Source of the DNA: Chlamydiales bacterium
GTDB lineage: Bacteria; Chlamydiota; Chlamydiia; Chlamydiales; SM23-39
Length of the DNA: 32,000 nucleotides
Direction of reading: 5' to 3'
NCBI GenBank assembly: GCA_965261025.1
Contig: OZ253438.1
Coordinates: forward strand, 570,001-602,000
A model generated the notes under the pieces. The model saw only the letters and a list, made by a program, of their open reading frames with translations, was not told where the DNA came from and made no database searches. A program made the position numbers and the translations under genes. Below, piece after piece: positions 24,885 to 32,000 of this stretch (position 1 is the first letter of the stretch; the number at the start of each line of letters is the position of its first letter).

Positions 24885-25947
24885 TTTTCGCAATTATAGA
24901 GAAGAGGAAATTTTTTTTTCTCCTAAGGAGAACCTCTTCTATGGAGACAATGCCCAAGGCAAAACGAATCTTTTAGAAGCCCTTTTTCTGCTTGCAACAG
25001 GAAAGTCTTTTCGCACAGCTGGGCTGAAAGAGCTTATAGGAAAATACGCCCCTTTTTTCCACGTCCAGGCCTTTTTCGAAAAGCAAGGTGTATCTGAATC
25101 TATACAAATCACTTTTTCTATTTCGGAAAAAAAAATACTCTATAACCAAACAAGATATCCCTCTTTTACCCACTTATTGGGGATTTTTCCCTTGGTTCTT
25201 TATTCTCCCTTAGATATTCAGCTCATTGAAGGTCCTCCTTTATTTCGAAGGAGATTTCTAAATCTTCTTCTAGCTCAAATTGATCCCCTCTATGTACATC
25301 ACTTTTTTCGTTTCCATAAATCTCTAAAAACCAGGAATTTTCTCTTAAGAAAGGGAAGTTCTTCTTCCCTTTTTCTCTGGGAAAAGCAGATGGCCTCCTC
25401 TGCTAGTTATTTAATGCAAAAAAGAGCTCAGCTGATACTCTCTTTTAAACACTCTTTAAGAAAATGCCTCTCTGATTTTTCCTTTCCCTACGAGCAGTTT
25501 GTCTTAGAATATAAGCCCTCTTTTCCTCTAACTGAAGAAAACTTAGAGCTTTTCTATCTAGAAATTCTGGAAAAAAATAGAAAAAAAGAATTTCTTATGA
25601 AAAGTACCCAATCAGGACCTCATAAAGATGAACTCTTCTTTGGTTTTGACGAAGGCTCCGCTAAAACCTTTGCGAGTGAGGGACAAAAAAAGAGCTTTCT
25701 ATTTTTATTAAAACTTTTGCAGTGGCACTTCCTCTCAGAGCAAACAGGAGAAAAAGTTCCTTTTGCCATCGACGATTTTGACGCTCATTTTGACTGTAAG
25801 AGGAAAGATTTTTTTGCAAAAACCCTATCTAGGTTATCCCAGGTAATTGTCACAAACCCTTTTGCTCCCAAGTCTACTTCTTGGTTTTGCCAAGAAATTG
25901 TCTCGGGAAAAATTAAGCAAGCTTCAAATCCATCTCCAAAGCTTTAA
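24856..25947 (+). CDS. recF: DNA replication/repair protein RecF
   Basis: LLLRNFRNY..., Walker A GDNAQGKTNLLEA, and the SMC signature region SEGQKKSF. Overlaps dnaN by 29 nt. Confidence 0.9.
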   Translation: MHLKSLLLRNFRNYREEEIFFSPKENLFYGDNAQGKTNLLEALFLLATGKSFRTAGLKELIGKYAPFFHVQAFFEKQGVSESIQITFSISEKKILYNQTRYPSFTHLLGIFPLVLYSPLDIQLIEGPPLFRRRFLNLLLAQIDPLYVHHFFRFHKSLKTRNFLLRKGSSSSLFLWEKQMASSASYLMQKRAQLILSFKHSLRKCLSDFSFPYEQFVLEYKPSFPLTEENLELFYLEILEKNRKKEFLMKSTQSGPHKDELFFGFDEGSAKTFASEGQKKSFLFLLKLLQWHFLSEQTGEKVPFAIDDFDAHFDCKRKDFFAKTLSRLSQVIVTNPFAPKSTSWFCQEIVSGKIKQASNPSPKL

Positions 25948-27503
25948 AGCTCTTTTAACTTCTTAAAAAAAGCTTCTCCTTCCGAAAAACCCTTTTTTCC
26001 TTTGAACAACTCCATTACTCTTTTAGCTAGTGTTTTCCCCAGCTGAACTCCTTCTTGATCAAAAGAGTTGATTCCCCATATAAATCCCTGAAAAGCTACT
26101 TTGTGCTCGTAATAAGCTAAAAGCTTTCCTAACATCTCAGGATCTAATTTCTTAGCTAAAAGCATTCTATGAGGCCTGTTTCCTACAAAATTTTGGTTAG
26201 GATTTTTCTCCTTTTTTCCTTGAGCTAAAGCAACAGATTGGGCAAACAGATTAGAGAGAAGTTTTTCTTGAGAGGATGTTTTTTGGATATCCAGGTCTTT
26301 TCCGTACTGAGACTCTTTAAATCCAAGAAACTCTAGGGAAGTATATAAAATACCTTGGTGAATCAATTGATAAAAGGAATGTTGTCCGTTGGTTCCAGGC
26401 TCTCCCCAAACAAGGGGACCTGTAGAAAAATGTACTTTTCTTCCCCTTATATCAACGCTCTTCCCATTCGATTCCATGTCTAGCTGCTGTAGATGAGCAG
26501 GAAACCTGGATAAAGCCTCTGAATAAGGAAGAATTGCCACAGCAGGTAAGTCTAAAAAATTGTGATTCCAAATCCCTAATAGCGCAGAAAGAAGAGGAAG
26601 ATTCTTTAAGGGATCTTTGACCAAGGCATGCTTATCCATGGCGCTAGCCCCTTTTAAAAGCTGTTTGAATCGGGAAATCCCTAAAGTAAAACTCAAACTG
26701 ACAGCCCCTACCATGGAAGTAGCAGAGTATCTCCCCCCTACATAATCCCAAATGTAAAAGGAGGCTAAATACTGGGAGGGGTCATCCATGGGACTTTTTT
26801 CTGCTGTTACTGCTATCATATGCTTTTTCGGATCAAGCCCTTTTCTCTTCAAAGCCTTTCTTATAAACGCTTCATTAGTAAGCGTTTCTAAAGTATTTCC
26901 TGACTTGGATACAATGACAAAAAGAGTCTTTTTTAAATTCAGCTTTTCTAAAGTAGCAAAAACATCATCTGGATCAACATTAGAAACAAAATGCGCCTGC
27001 TTCCCTTTTTTCTTATAAGCCTTTAAAGCAATATAAAGAGCCCTAGGCCCTAAGTCAGAGCCTCCTATTCCTACTTGCACTATGTCTGTAAAAGAAGCGG
27101 AAAATTTTTGTAAAAAATGCTCTAGTTTTTGTATCTCTTTCCAAGCAGCTTGGCTTGACTCTTGAGCTATTTTTTTCCTTTTTTGGGAAAAGAAAAAATC
27201 TCGCATAGCAGTATGTAAGACAGCTCGGTTTTCACTCGGAAAACCCTCTATTCGATTTATTATTTCCCCATCTTGCATAGCCTCCATTTTAGACACAGCT
27301 TTACTCTCTACAGCTAAATCACACAAGGCCTGTAAAATTTTTGCATCTACTCTTTCCCCTGAATAAAGAAGGGTAAGCCCTAAAGCCTTCATTGAAAAAT
27401 CGATAATTCTTTTTCCTGTAAATCCCCCTTTTTTGCTTAAGTCAGGTGGTGCTTTAGCCAGCTGCTTTAAAAGAAAAAAACTTTTATAACGAGTAAAAGA
27501 CAT
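25944..27503 (-). CDS. pgi: Glucose-6-phosphate isomerase
   Basis: 519 aa. VGIGGSDLGPR, VSKSGNTLET, DYVGGRYS and ESNGK...GEPGTNGQHSFYQLIHQG are PGI signatures. Confidence 0.92.
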   Translation of the reverse strand: MSFTRYKSFFLLKQLAKAPPDLSKKGGFTGKRIIDFSMKALGLTLLYSGERVDAKILQALCDLAVESKAVSKMEAMQDGEIINRIEGFPSENRAVLHTAMRDFFFSQKRKKIAQESSQAAWKEIQKLEHFLQKFSASFTDIVQVGIGGSDLGPRALYIALKAYKKKGKQAHFVSNVDPDDVFATLEKLNLKKTLFVIVSKSGNTLETLTNEAFIRKALKRKGLDPKKHMIAVTAEKSPMDDPSQYLASFYIWDYVGGRYSATSMVGAVSLSFTLGISRFKQLLKGASAMDKHALVKDPLKNLPLLSALLGIWNHNFLDLPAVAILPYSEALSRFPAHLQQLDMESNGKSVDIRGRKVHFSTGPLVWGEPGTNGQHSFYQLIHQGILYTSLEFLGFKESQYGKDLDIQKTSSQEKLLSNLFAQSVALAQGKKEKNPNQNFVGNRPHRMLLAKKLDPEMLGKLLAYYEHKVAFQGFIWGINSFDQEGVQLGKTLAKRVMELFKGKKGFSEGEAFFKKLKEL

Positions 27504-27581
27504 AGCAAAACCCTCCTAAAGCTCTTAGATGGCAGAAAAAGGAAAGCGACTCAAGCAATTTTTCTTTTTTCTCCAAATTCG

Positions 27582-27611
27582 TTTGGCACAAAAAAAAAAA
27601 AGCCCTATGCT
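27582..27611 (+). promoter_or_regulatory. Candidate promoter for tRNA-Pro
   Basis: TTGGCA (27582-27587) - 18 nt including an A13 run - TATGCT (27606-27611), 13 nt before the tRNA 5' end. Confidence 0.35.
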
Positions 27612-27616
27612 TTTGC

Positions 27617-28570
27617 CTATCTTTCGGGGCATAGCGCAGCTTGGCTAGCGCGACTGGTTTGGGACCAGTAGGTCGGGGGTTCGAATCCCTCTGCCCCGAA
27701 GTTCTTCTCTAACAGTCTCACTTTGCCTCCCGCTGCTTGGAACCCTTGTAAGATCCTTTCCATTTTTTCATTTACGCAGTAAGAAAAAGTACATATTTCA
27801 TAGAGACCATCCCATTTTTGGGTAGCGCAGCTTTGATACAAAAGGCGATATCTACTTTTTGTTCTTTCTAAGAAGACAAAAAACTCCTCCCAAAAAGACT
27901 CTAAAGGTAGCGGCTCAGGTAGTAAAATTCCCAAAAGGCTCTCTTCTTCTTCTCTTTTTCCCCCTAAAATCCCTAAATTCCCCCTCCCCTTTTCCCAGGA
28001 GATAGAGGGGTAAAAGAAAAGAGCATTTTTTAAACCAAGAATGAATCTCTCTTCACGGAATTTATCTAAAAAATGAATTTGTTCTAAATAGCTTCTCTTC
28101 CCACAAAAATCAAAAAATAAAAAGGGAGGAAAATTAGGAGGAAGATAGCTTGCCATTTCATGCATATCCTCTATCCATTCTTCTGTAGCCTCAAGCGGAG
28201 CCCCCCGAAAGAGGCTAACACCCAACGTACTTTGTGAAAATAAAGGCCAAAGTGTTTCAGAGAAATTCTTTATTGCTAAAATGGCAGAAGGCAAAAAAAG
28301 CCCTTTTTCCTGTAAAGAAGCGGTTTTTTCCCAGGAAAACTGAAGATGCCATAGAAGATATTGGTTTTTAGAAATAGCAAAAAGGGCCTCTTTTTTCTGC
28401 TTTTGCCAAGAAAAAGTGCTCTGAAAAGAGGCATCTAGAGGAAGAAAAAAGCAGTTTGCCTTCTTGTCTGTCTTTTCAGAAATCTTTAGAAAAAAGGGTC
28501 TATCTCCTTCATAAAAGTTTTTATGATCAAAAGAAAATTCAGGAGGGTCTTGCTGCTTTAACAAAGACAT
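27617..28570 (-). CDS. Hypothetical protein (317 aa) whose 3' end is antisense to tRNA-Pro
   Basis: The long ORF overlaps the trmB stop by 13 nt. The last ~26 codons (...GAEGFEPPTYWSQTSRASQAALCPER) are the reverse complement of the tRNA. No motif recognised. Confidence 0.5.
   Translation of the reverse strand: MSLLKQQDPPEFSFDHKNFYEGDRPFFLKISEKTDKKANCFFLPLDASFQSTFSWQKQKKEALFAISKNQYLLWHLQFSWEKTASLQEKGLFLPSAILAIKNFSETLWPLFSQSTLGVSLFRGAPLEATEEWIEDMHEMASYLPPNFPPFLFFDFCGKRSYLEQIHFLDKFREERFILGLKNALFFYPSISWEKGRGNLGILGGKREEEESLLGILLPEPLPLESFWEEFFVFLERTKSRYRLLYQSCATQKWDGLYEICTFSYCVNEKMERILQGFQAAGGKVRLLEKNFGAEGFEPPTYWSQTSRASQAALCPER
27625..27699 (+). tRNA. tRNA-Pro (anticodon UGG)
   Basis: I folded the cloverleaf by hand. 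Acceptor CGGGGCA/TGCCCCG. D arm GCGC/GCGC. Anticodon arm ACTGG-ttTGGga-CCAGT. T arm GGGGG-TTCGAAT-CCCTC. Discriminator A. No encoded CCA. Confidence 0.9.
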
Positions 28571-29238
28571 TTTTTAAATCCTGTGTAAAAAATGGTCCTA
28601 TTTCTTTCCTTCCAAAGTCTTTGAAAAAAGGAAGCGCCAAAATCTTCCCATTCAGTCAAATAATGAGGAGGAGCAAAAAGGGGGGTAAAAGAGCCCATTT
28701 CAAAAAAGCTTTGTATAGAAGACCTTAGATAGTCTTTACTGTCGGTAACCAAAAAAGTACTTCCTTTGGGTTTTAATACCTTTTCTACTTCCCGCAAAAA
28801 AGCAGAGTTGATTAAACGATTTTTAGCATGCCTTCTTTTAGGCCAAGGATCGGGGAAATTAATAAAAAGAGTGTCGACTGAATATTTTTCTAGATAATAC
28901 CGTAAAAAAGTCAAAGCTTCTCCAAAAATCAAAAAGAGATTCCCAAGATTTCTTTTTTTCATTTGAATCCAAATATTTCTTGCTCTATCGAATTTTTTTT
29001 CTACAGCAATCCAGGCTATCTCTTTTTCTCGTTCTGCATTGTGCAAAATCCATTCTCCATTTCCGCTGCAAAGTTCTAGGCAAGTCTTTTTTGCTCCAGG
29101 AAAAATTTGGTTTCCTCCCTCTGGTTTAAACTGGGTATGCCCCTCATATTCGGAAGGAATAAATAAAAACTGATCCAGCCAATAAGGTCTTCTTTCTTCA
29201 AAAGAACAAGGAATCAAAAAATCTTCTTTTCTTACCAT
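28558..29238 (-). CDS. trmB: tRNA (guanine46-N7)-methyltransferase
   Basis: LELCSGNGEW (SAM-binding) and FINFPDPWPKRRHAKNRL (TrmB signature). Confidence 0.9.
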   Translation of the reverse strand: MVRKEDFLIPCSFEERRPYWLDQFLFIPSEYEGHTQFKPEGGNQIFPGAKKTCLELCSGNGEWILHNAEREKEIAWIAVEKKFDRARNIWIQMKKRNLGNLFLIFGEALTFLRYYLEKYSVDTLFINFPDPWPKRRHAKNRLINSAFLREVEKVLKPKGSTFLVTDSKDYLRSSIQSFFEMGSFTPLFAPPHYLTEWEDFGASFFQRLWKERNRTIFYTGFKKCLC

Positions 29239-29375
29239 AAAACCCTCTACTATTTTGACTAAAGCTTCCCTTTTGCAAAAGAGGAAAAATGATCTTGCTT
29301 AAGCCTCTTGCTTTATTTCAAAGGCTCAGATAGTCTTGAGTTTTTCCTGGAAAGAAAAAAATTTAAGATCTAACG

Positions 29376-30137
29376 GTGAGGGTTTGTATGCGGTATTGGC
29401 TGAGGGTTCTAGTATTTTCTTCTCTTTTTTCCCCGGGTTTTTCTAGAGAAGAGCTTTCTAGTTCTTTTCCTCACACAAAAGTCCAGCTAGAACAGGTCTT
29501 TCAAGCTTCTCCTGTTATTTATTCCCTTTTGCTGCTTTTATCTGTTTCTTCTCTAGCAATTTGGATATATACTCTCCTTGCTTTTCGAAAAAAACAACTG
29601 ATGCCTTCTCCCTTTTTAAAAGAACTAAAAATGGCTCTCTTAGAAAAAAACTTTGACAAGGCTTTAGCCTCTTGTAAAACTAAAAAACACCTTTTCTCCT
29701 CACTTATGCTAGCCCCTATTCAACTAAGAGAGCATGGGATGCATTTAATGATTGACTCCTTAAAATCAGAAGGAAAAAAAGCCTCTCGCTGTTTTTGGCA
29801 AAAACTTTCTTTGTTAAACGATATAGCAGTAATAGCTCCTATGTTGGGGCTTTTAGGAACAGTACTGGGAATGTTCTATGCTTTTTATGACATTAATCGC
29901 TCTATAGAAAGTATGGCTAGTTTGTTTGATGGTTTAGGAATTGCAGTAGGAACTACCGTGATGGGATTAATTGTGGCTCTTTTCTCTATGATACTTTCCA
30001 CTACGCTCAAACATAGACTGGTTAAGACTTTTACTTTAGTAGAAGGAGAGGCTATGGAACTTACTCATCTGATTGAACCAAACTTTTCTGAAAAAAAACC
30101 TTCTAAAAAATCTCCTAGAAAAGAGAAGCAAACATGA
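29376..30137 (+). CDS. MotA/TolQ/ExbB-family proton channel
   Basis: 253 aa, 3 TM. IAPMLGLLGTVLGM...GLGIAVGTTVMGLIVA. ATG 29388 is an alternative start to GTG 29376. Confidence 0.85.
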   Translation: MRVCMRYWLRVLVFSSLFSPGFSREELSSSFPHTKVQLEQVFQASPVIYSLLLLLSVSSLAIWIYTLLAFRKKQLMPSPFLKELKMALLEKNFDKALASCKTKKHLFSSLMLAPIQLREHGMHLMIDSLKSEGKKASRCFWQKLSLLNDIAVIAPMLGLLGTVLGMFYAFYDINRSIESMASLFDGLGIAVGTTVMGLIVALFSMILSTTLKHRLVKTFTLVEGEAMELTHLIEPNFSEKKPSKKSPRKEKQT

Positions 30138-30595
30138 GTCTTATTCCAGAGGAAGAGCTGCAAAAAAGTGCTACTTTACCTTTTGCTCCTATGGTAGATT
30201 TTTTATTTTTGATGTTAGCTCTTTTTGCTACACTGGCTCTTTCTAGAAGCTCTTTATTTGATACTCAGATAGAGCTTACCCAGCTCAAACCGGATAAAAA
30301 AACCTCTTTCTATTCTTCTTCTAAATTACAACAAATCCATTTGGGTATCGATGAAAAAGGGGGATATCGCTGGGTTACAGAATTTCAAAGCTATCCTATG
30401 AAAGATATAGCTTCGGTTCAGGAAGAGCTTTTGAAACAATATAGCTTGGGGCTACTTCCTGAGAATAAAGAGCAATTAGAGATTTTTCTTCATATTGATA
30501 AAAAAGCGAATTGGGATTCTATTGCCCATTTAATCTTCGGGGTAAAAGAACTAGGCTTTCCCATCTATCCTGTATATACCCCTTCCGAAAAATAA
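30134..30595 (+). CDS. ExbD/TolR-family protein
   Basis: 153 aa. N-terminal PFAPMVDFLFLMLALFATLAL anchor containing the conserved Asp. ATGA overlap with the upstream gene. Confidence 0.85.
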   Translation: MSLIPEEELQKSATLPFAPMVDFLFLMLALFATLALSRSSLFDTQIELTQLKPDKKTSFYSSSKLQQIHLGIDEKGGYRWVTEFQSYPMKDIASVQEELLKQYSLGLLPENKEQLEIFLHIDKKANWDSIAHLIFGVKELGFPIYPVYTPSEK

Positions 30596-30600
30596 GTGCC

Positions 30601-31059
30601 TTAAGAATCTAAAAAACGCTTTCCTTTTCTAGGAGGCTGATTCTCCTTTACCCTTGGCAAGGTTTTTTCTGTATAAAGGCTTTGTAGAAAAGAAAGCCTT
30701 GTTTGAAGCTTTTGATATTCCCTCCAAGAAGGACTTTCTTTCATCTGTAAAATGCTAAGAAGCATTTGATGGACTGCTATCAGTTTTTTTTCATATAAAG
30801 AATCTTGCATCTCGATTTTTACTAAAAACTGGTAAAGTAAGGTGTGAGTAATTTCCTGTAAAAGGTGATTTTTTTCCTCTACTAAAACTACAAACTGATT
30901 TCTAGCTTCAAAGCTATGAGGAAAGATTTTTTCCATCTTTTTCAGAAAAGAGGCAAGACCCTCTACTTTTTCTTCTAAATCTAAAAGTAAAGCCCTTTCC
31001 CTTCCCTCAAAGGCAATTGCAGGGAGAAGAAAAAGAAGGAATAAAAATATTTTTCTCAT
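30601..31059 (-). CDS. Secreted helical hypothetical protein
   Basis: 152 aa. Signal-like MRKIFLFLLFLLPAIAFEG. The rest is helix/coiled-coil-prone. Confidence 0.55.
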   Translation of the reverse strand: MRKIFLFLLFLLPAIAFEGRERALLLDLEEKVEGLASFLKKMEKIFPHSFEARNQFVVLVEEKNHLLQEITHTLLYQFLVKIEMQDSLYEKKLIAVHQMLLSILQMKESPSWREYQKLQTRLSFLQSLYTEKTLPRVKENQPPRKGKRFLDS

Positions 31060-31108
31060 AGCTCAAGAAATAACTAAGCCCTTCTTTTTTTTAAAGGCTC
31101 CTTTTCTA

Positions 31109-31139
31109 TTGACGAAAAACTTTTCTAAACCATACAGTT
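31109..31139 (+). promoter_or_regulatory. Candidate promoter for tRNA-Leu
   Basis: TTGACG (31109-31114) - 18 nt - TACAGT (31133-31138), about 15 nt before the tRNA. Confidence 0.35.
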
Positions 31140-31153
31140 TCTACTGTATAAAG

Positions 31154-31235
31154 GCCCAGGTGGTGAAATTGGTAGACACGCCAGACTTAGGATCTGGTGC
31201 CTTACGGTGTGTAGGTTCGAGTCCTATCCTGGGCA
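31154..31235 (+). tRNA. tRNA-Leu (anticodon UAG), type II with long variable arm
   Basis: Acceptor GCCCAGG/CCTGGGC. 3-bp D stem GTG/CAC. Anticodon arm CCAGA-ctTAGga-TCTGG. Long variable arm. T arm GTAGG-TTCGAGT-CCTAT. Discriminator A. Confidence 0.9.
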
Positions 31236-31239
31236 TATT

Positions 31240-31285
31240 GCCGAACGTTTTTTCAGAAATGCTCAAACGTTCGGCTCTTTTGTTT
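31240..31285 (+). terminator. Rho-independent terminator after tRNA-Leu
   Basis: 10-bp stem GCCGAACGTT (31240-31249) / AACGTTCGGC (31266-31275), followed by TCTTTTGTTTT. Confidence 0.6.
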
Positions 31286-31315
31286 TCTACCGTTTTTGAT
31301 TCCTTGGCTCTCCTT

Positions 31316-31345
31316 CTTGACAGCTTAGAGAAAAATATAAGATAA
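31316..31345 (+). promoter_or_regulatory. Candidate promoter for kbl
   Basis: TTGACA (31316-31321) - 18 nt - GATAAT (31340-31345), about 27 nt before ATG 31373. Confidence 0.45.
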
Positions 31346-31372
31346 TACCCCCCAAAATGAAAAGGGGGCTTT

Positions 31373-32000
31373 ATGGGATCTTCTTTTTTTACCTTTTTAG
31401 AGCAAGAACTAGACTCTCTTCAAAGAAAAGGTTTATATAAAAAAGAGACTATTTTAACGAGCGCACAGAAATCTTATGTAAATACGAAAGATCAAAAGTT
31501 AATCAACCTGTGTGCTAATAACTATCTAGGCCTTTCCAACCATCCAGAAATTGTAGAGGCTGCTATAAAAACAGCAGAGAAATATGGTTTTGGTCTATCT
31601 TCTGTTCGCTTTATCTGTGGAACACAAGATATCCACAAACAGCTCGAAACAAAGATAGCTTCATTTTTACAAAAAGAAGAGGCCCTTTTATACTCTTCTT
31701 GTTTTGATGCTAATGGGGGTATTTTTGAAACCCTTTTTACCAAAGAAGATGCGATTTTCTCAGACTCTTTAAACCATGCCAGCTTGATCGATGGGATTCG
31801 TCTTTGCAAAGCACAGAGATTTCGTTTCGAAAATAATAACTTAGAAGATCTTGAAGAAAAGCTTCTGCAAGCAAAAGGTTCCCGCTTTCGCATTATCGTA
31901 ACAGATGGGGTTTTTTCCATGGATGGGACAATAGCTTCTTTGGCTGAGATTTGCCAACTTGCTAAAAAATATGATGCTTTGGTCATGATCGATGATTGCC
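31373..32000 (+). CDS. kbl: 2-amino-3-ketobutyrate CoA ligase (glycine C-acetyltransferase), N-terminal part; runs off the window
   Basis: Absent from the track because there is no stop in the window. My translation reads MGSSFFTFLEQELDSLQRKGLYKKE...INLCANNYLGLSNHP...VRFICGTQDIHKQLE...LYSSCFDANGGIFETL...SDSLNHASLIDGIRLCKA...TDGVFSMDG...YDALVMIDD. It is colinear with the E. coli Kbl sequence as I remember it. Confidence 0.85.
   Translation, partial: MGSSFFTFLEQELDSLQRKGLYKKETILTSAQKSYVNTKDQKLINLCANNYLGLSNHPEIVEAAIKTAEKYGFGLSSVRFICGTQDIHKQLETKIASFLQKEEALLYSSCFDANGGIFETLFTKEDAIFSDSLNHASLIDGIRLCKAQRFRFENNNLEDLEEKLLQAKGSRFRIIVTDGVFSMDGTIASLAEICQLAKKYDALVMIDDC

Noticed and set aside
27589-27601. 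A13 homopolymer in the putative tRNA-Pro promoter spacer as a phase-variation switch
   Set aside because: Spacer-length switches are known for surface-protein genes. A tRNA or pgi promoter is an implausible target, and long A runs are common in this AT-rich sequence.
27504-28570. tRNA-Pro as the attachment site of an integrated island
   Set aside because: I found no integrase, no phage or transposon genes, and no second copy of the tRNA 3' end anywhere in the window. Only the gene-tRNA overlap remains noteworthy.
31132-31149. ATACAG-tttcta-CTGTAT inverted repeat just upstream of tRNA-Leu
   Set aside because: It is a short AT-rich 6-bp stem that overlaps the candidate -10 region, and is likely coincidental.
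31109-31345. 78-aa track ORF (MTKNFSKPYSFYCIKAQVVKLVDTPDLGSG...)
   Set aside because: It is read straight through tRNA-Leu (31154-31235) and its terminator hairpin. VVKLVDTPDLGSG is just the translated tRNA. Spurious.
31347-31367. C6...G5 inverted repeat that could sequester the kbl Shine-Dalgarno
   Set aside because: The stem is only 5 bp with a 10-nt loop, which is too weak to argue for a regulatory element without conservation data.
31522-31986. 154-aa minus-strand ORF
   Set aside because: It is antisense to the clearly recognisable kbl reading frame (31373->32000) and has low-complexity, shadow-ORF composition.
1-32000. Search for CRISPR arrays, tandem or interspersed long repeats, transposases, toxin-antitoxin pairs, restriction-modification or other canonical defence operons
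   Set aside because: Reading both strands, I recognised none. All long ORFs are accounted for by housekeeping, transport or the hypothetical proteins listed.

Overview
The window is AT-rich (about 37% G+C by eye) and densely packed with about 36 protein genes and 2 tRNAs. All family calls rest on motif recognition from my own reading of the translations; I ran no searches. The gene content suggests a Chlamydiota-type, probably amoeba-associated, intracellular bacterium. This is an inference from four features: a small SET-domain methyltransferase, a K/R-rich H1-like 'histone', an F-box-like protein, and the smpB-dnaN-recF arrangement.

Recognisable housekeeping genes:
- rlmB-like methyltransferase, adk, tsaC/sua5, smpB, dnaN, recF, pgi, trmB
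- a TolQ/TolR-like pair and kbl (partial)
- tRNA-Pro(UGG) and tRNA-Leu(UAG)

Transport and stress genes:
- transporters: MFS, DASS dicarboxylate, a 10-TM permease, and a GadC-like APC antiporter
- stress-related: OsmC, an HdeD-like membrane protein, a nitroreductase, and a glutaredoxin

I saw no CRISPR array, transposase, integrase, prophage or canonical defence operon.

Five loci deserve a second look:
1. A 560-aa tail-anchored protein carries a perfect Nudix box. It sits next to an HD (dGTPase/SAMHD1-like) phosphohydrolase and is divergent from a small acidic protein.
2. A membrane-anchored F-box-like protein has an unrecognised C-terminal domain.
3. A tightly coupled SET-domain / beta-barrel OMP / RlmB operon lies in the same window as a Pat-type lysine acetyltransferase.
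4. A protamine/H1-like repeat protein faces a roughly 590-bp intergenic island of 10-17% G+C that holds a repeated ACTA(A/G)TT motif and a 13-bp palindrome.
5. A 317-aa ORF has its last ~26 codons antisense to tRNA-Pro.

None of these is proven to be a new system. The Nudix/HD locus and the F-box protein are my best candidates.
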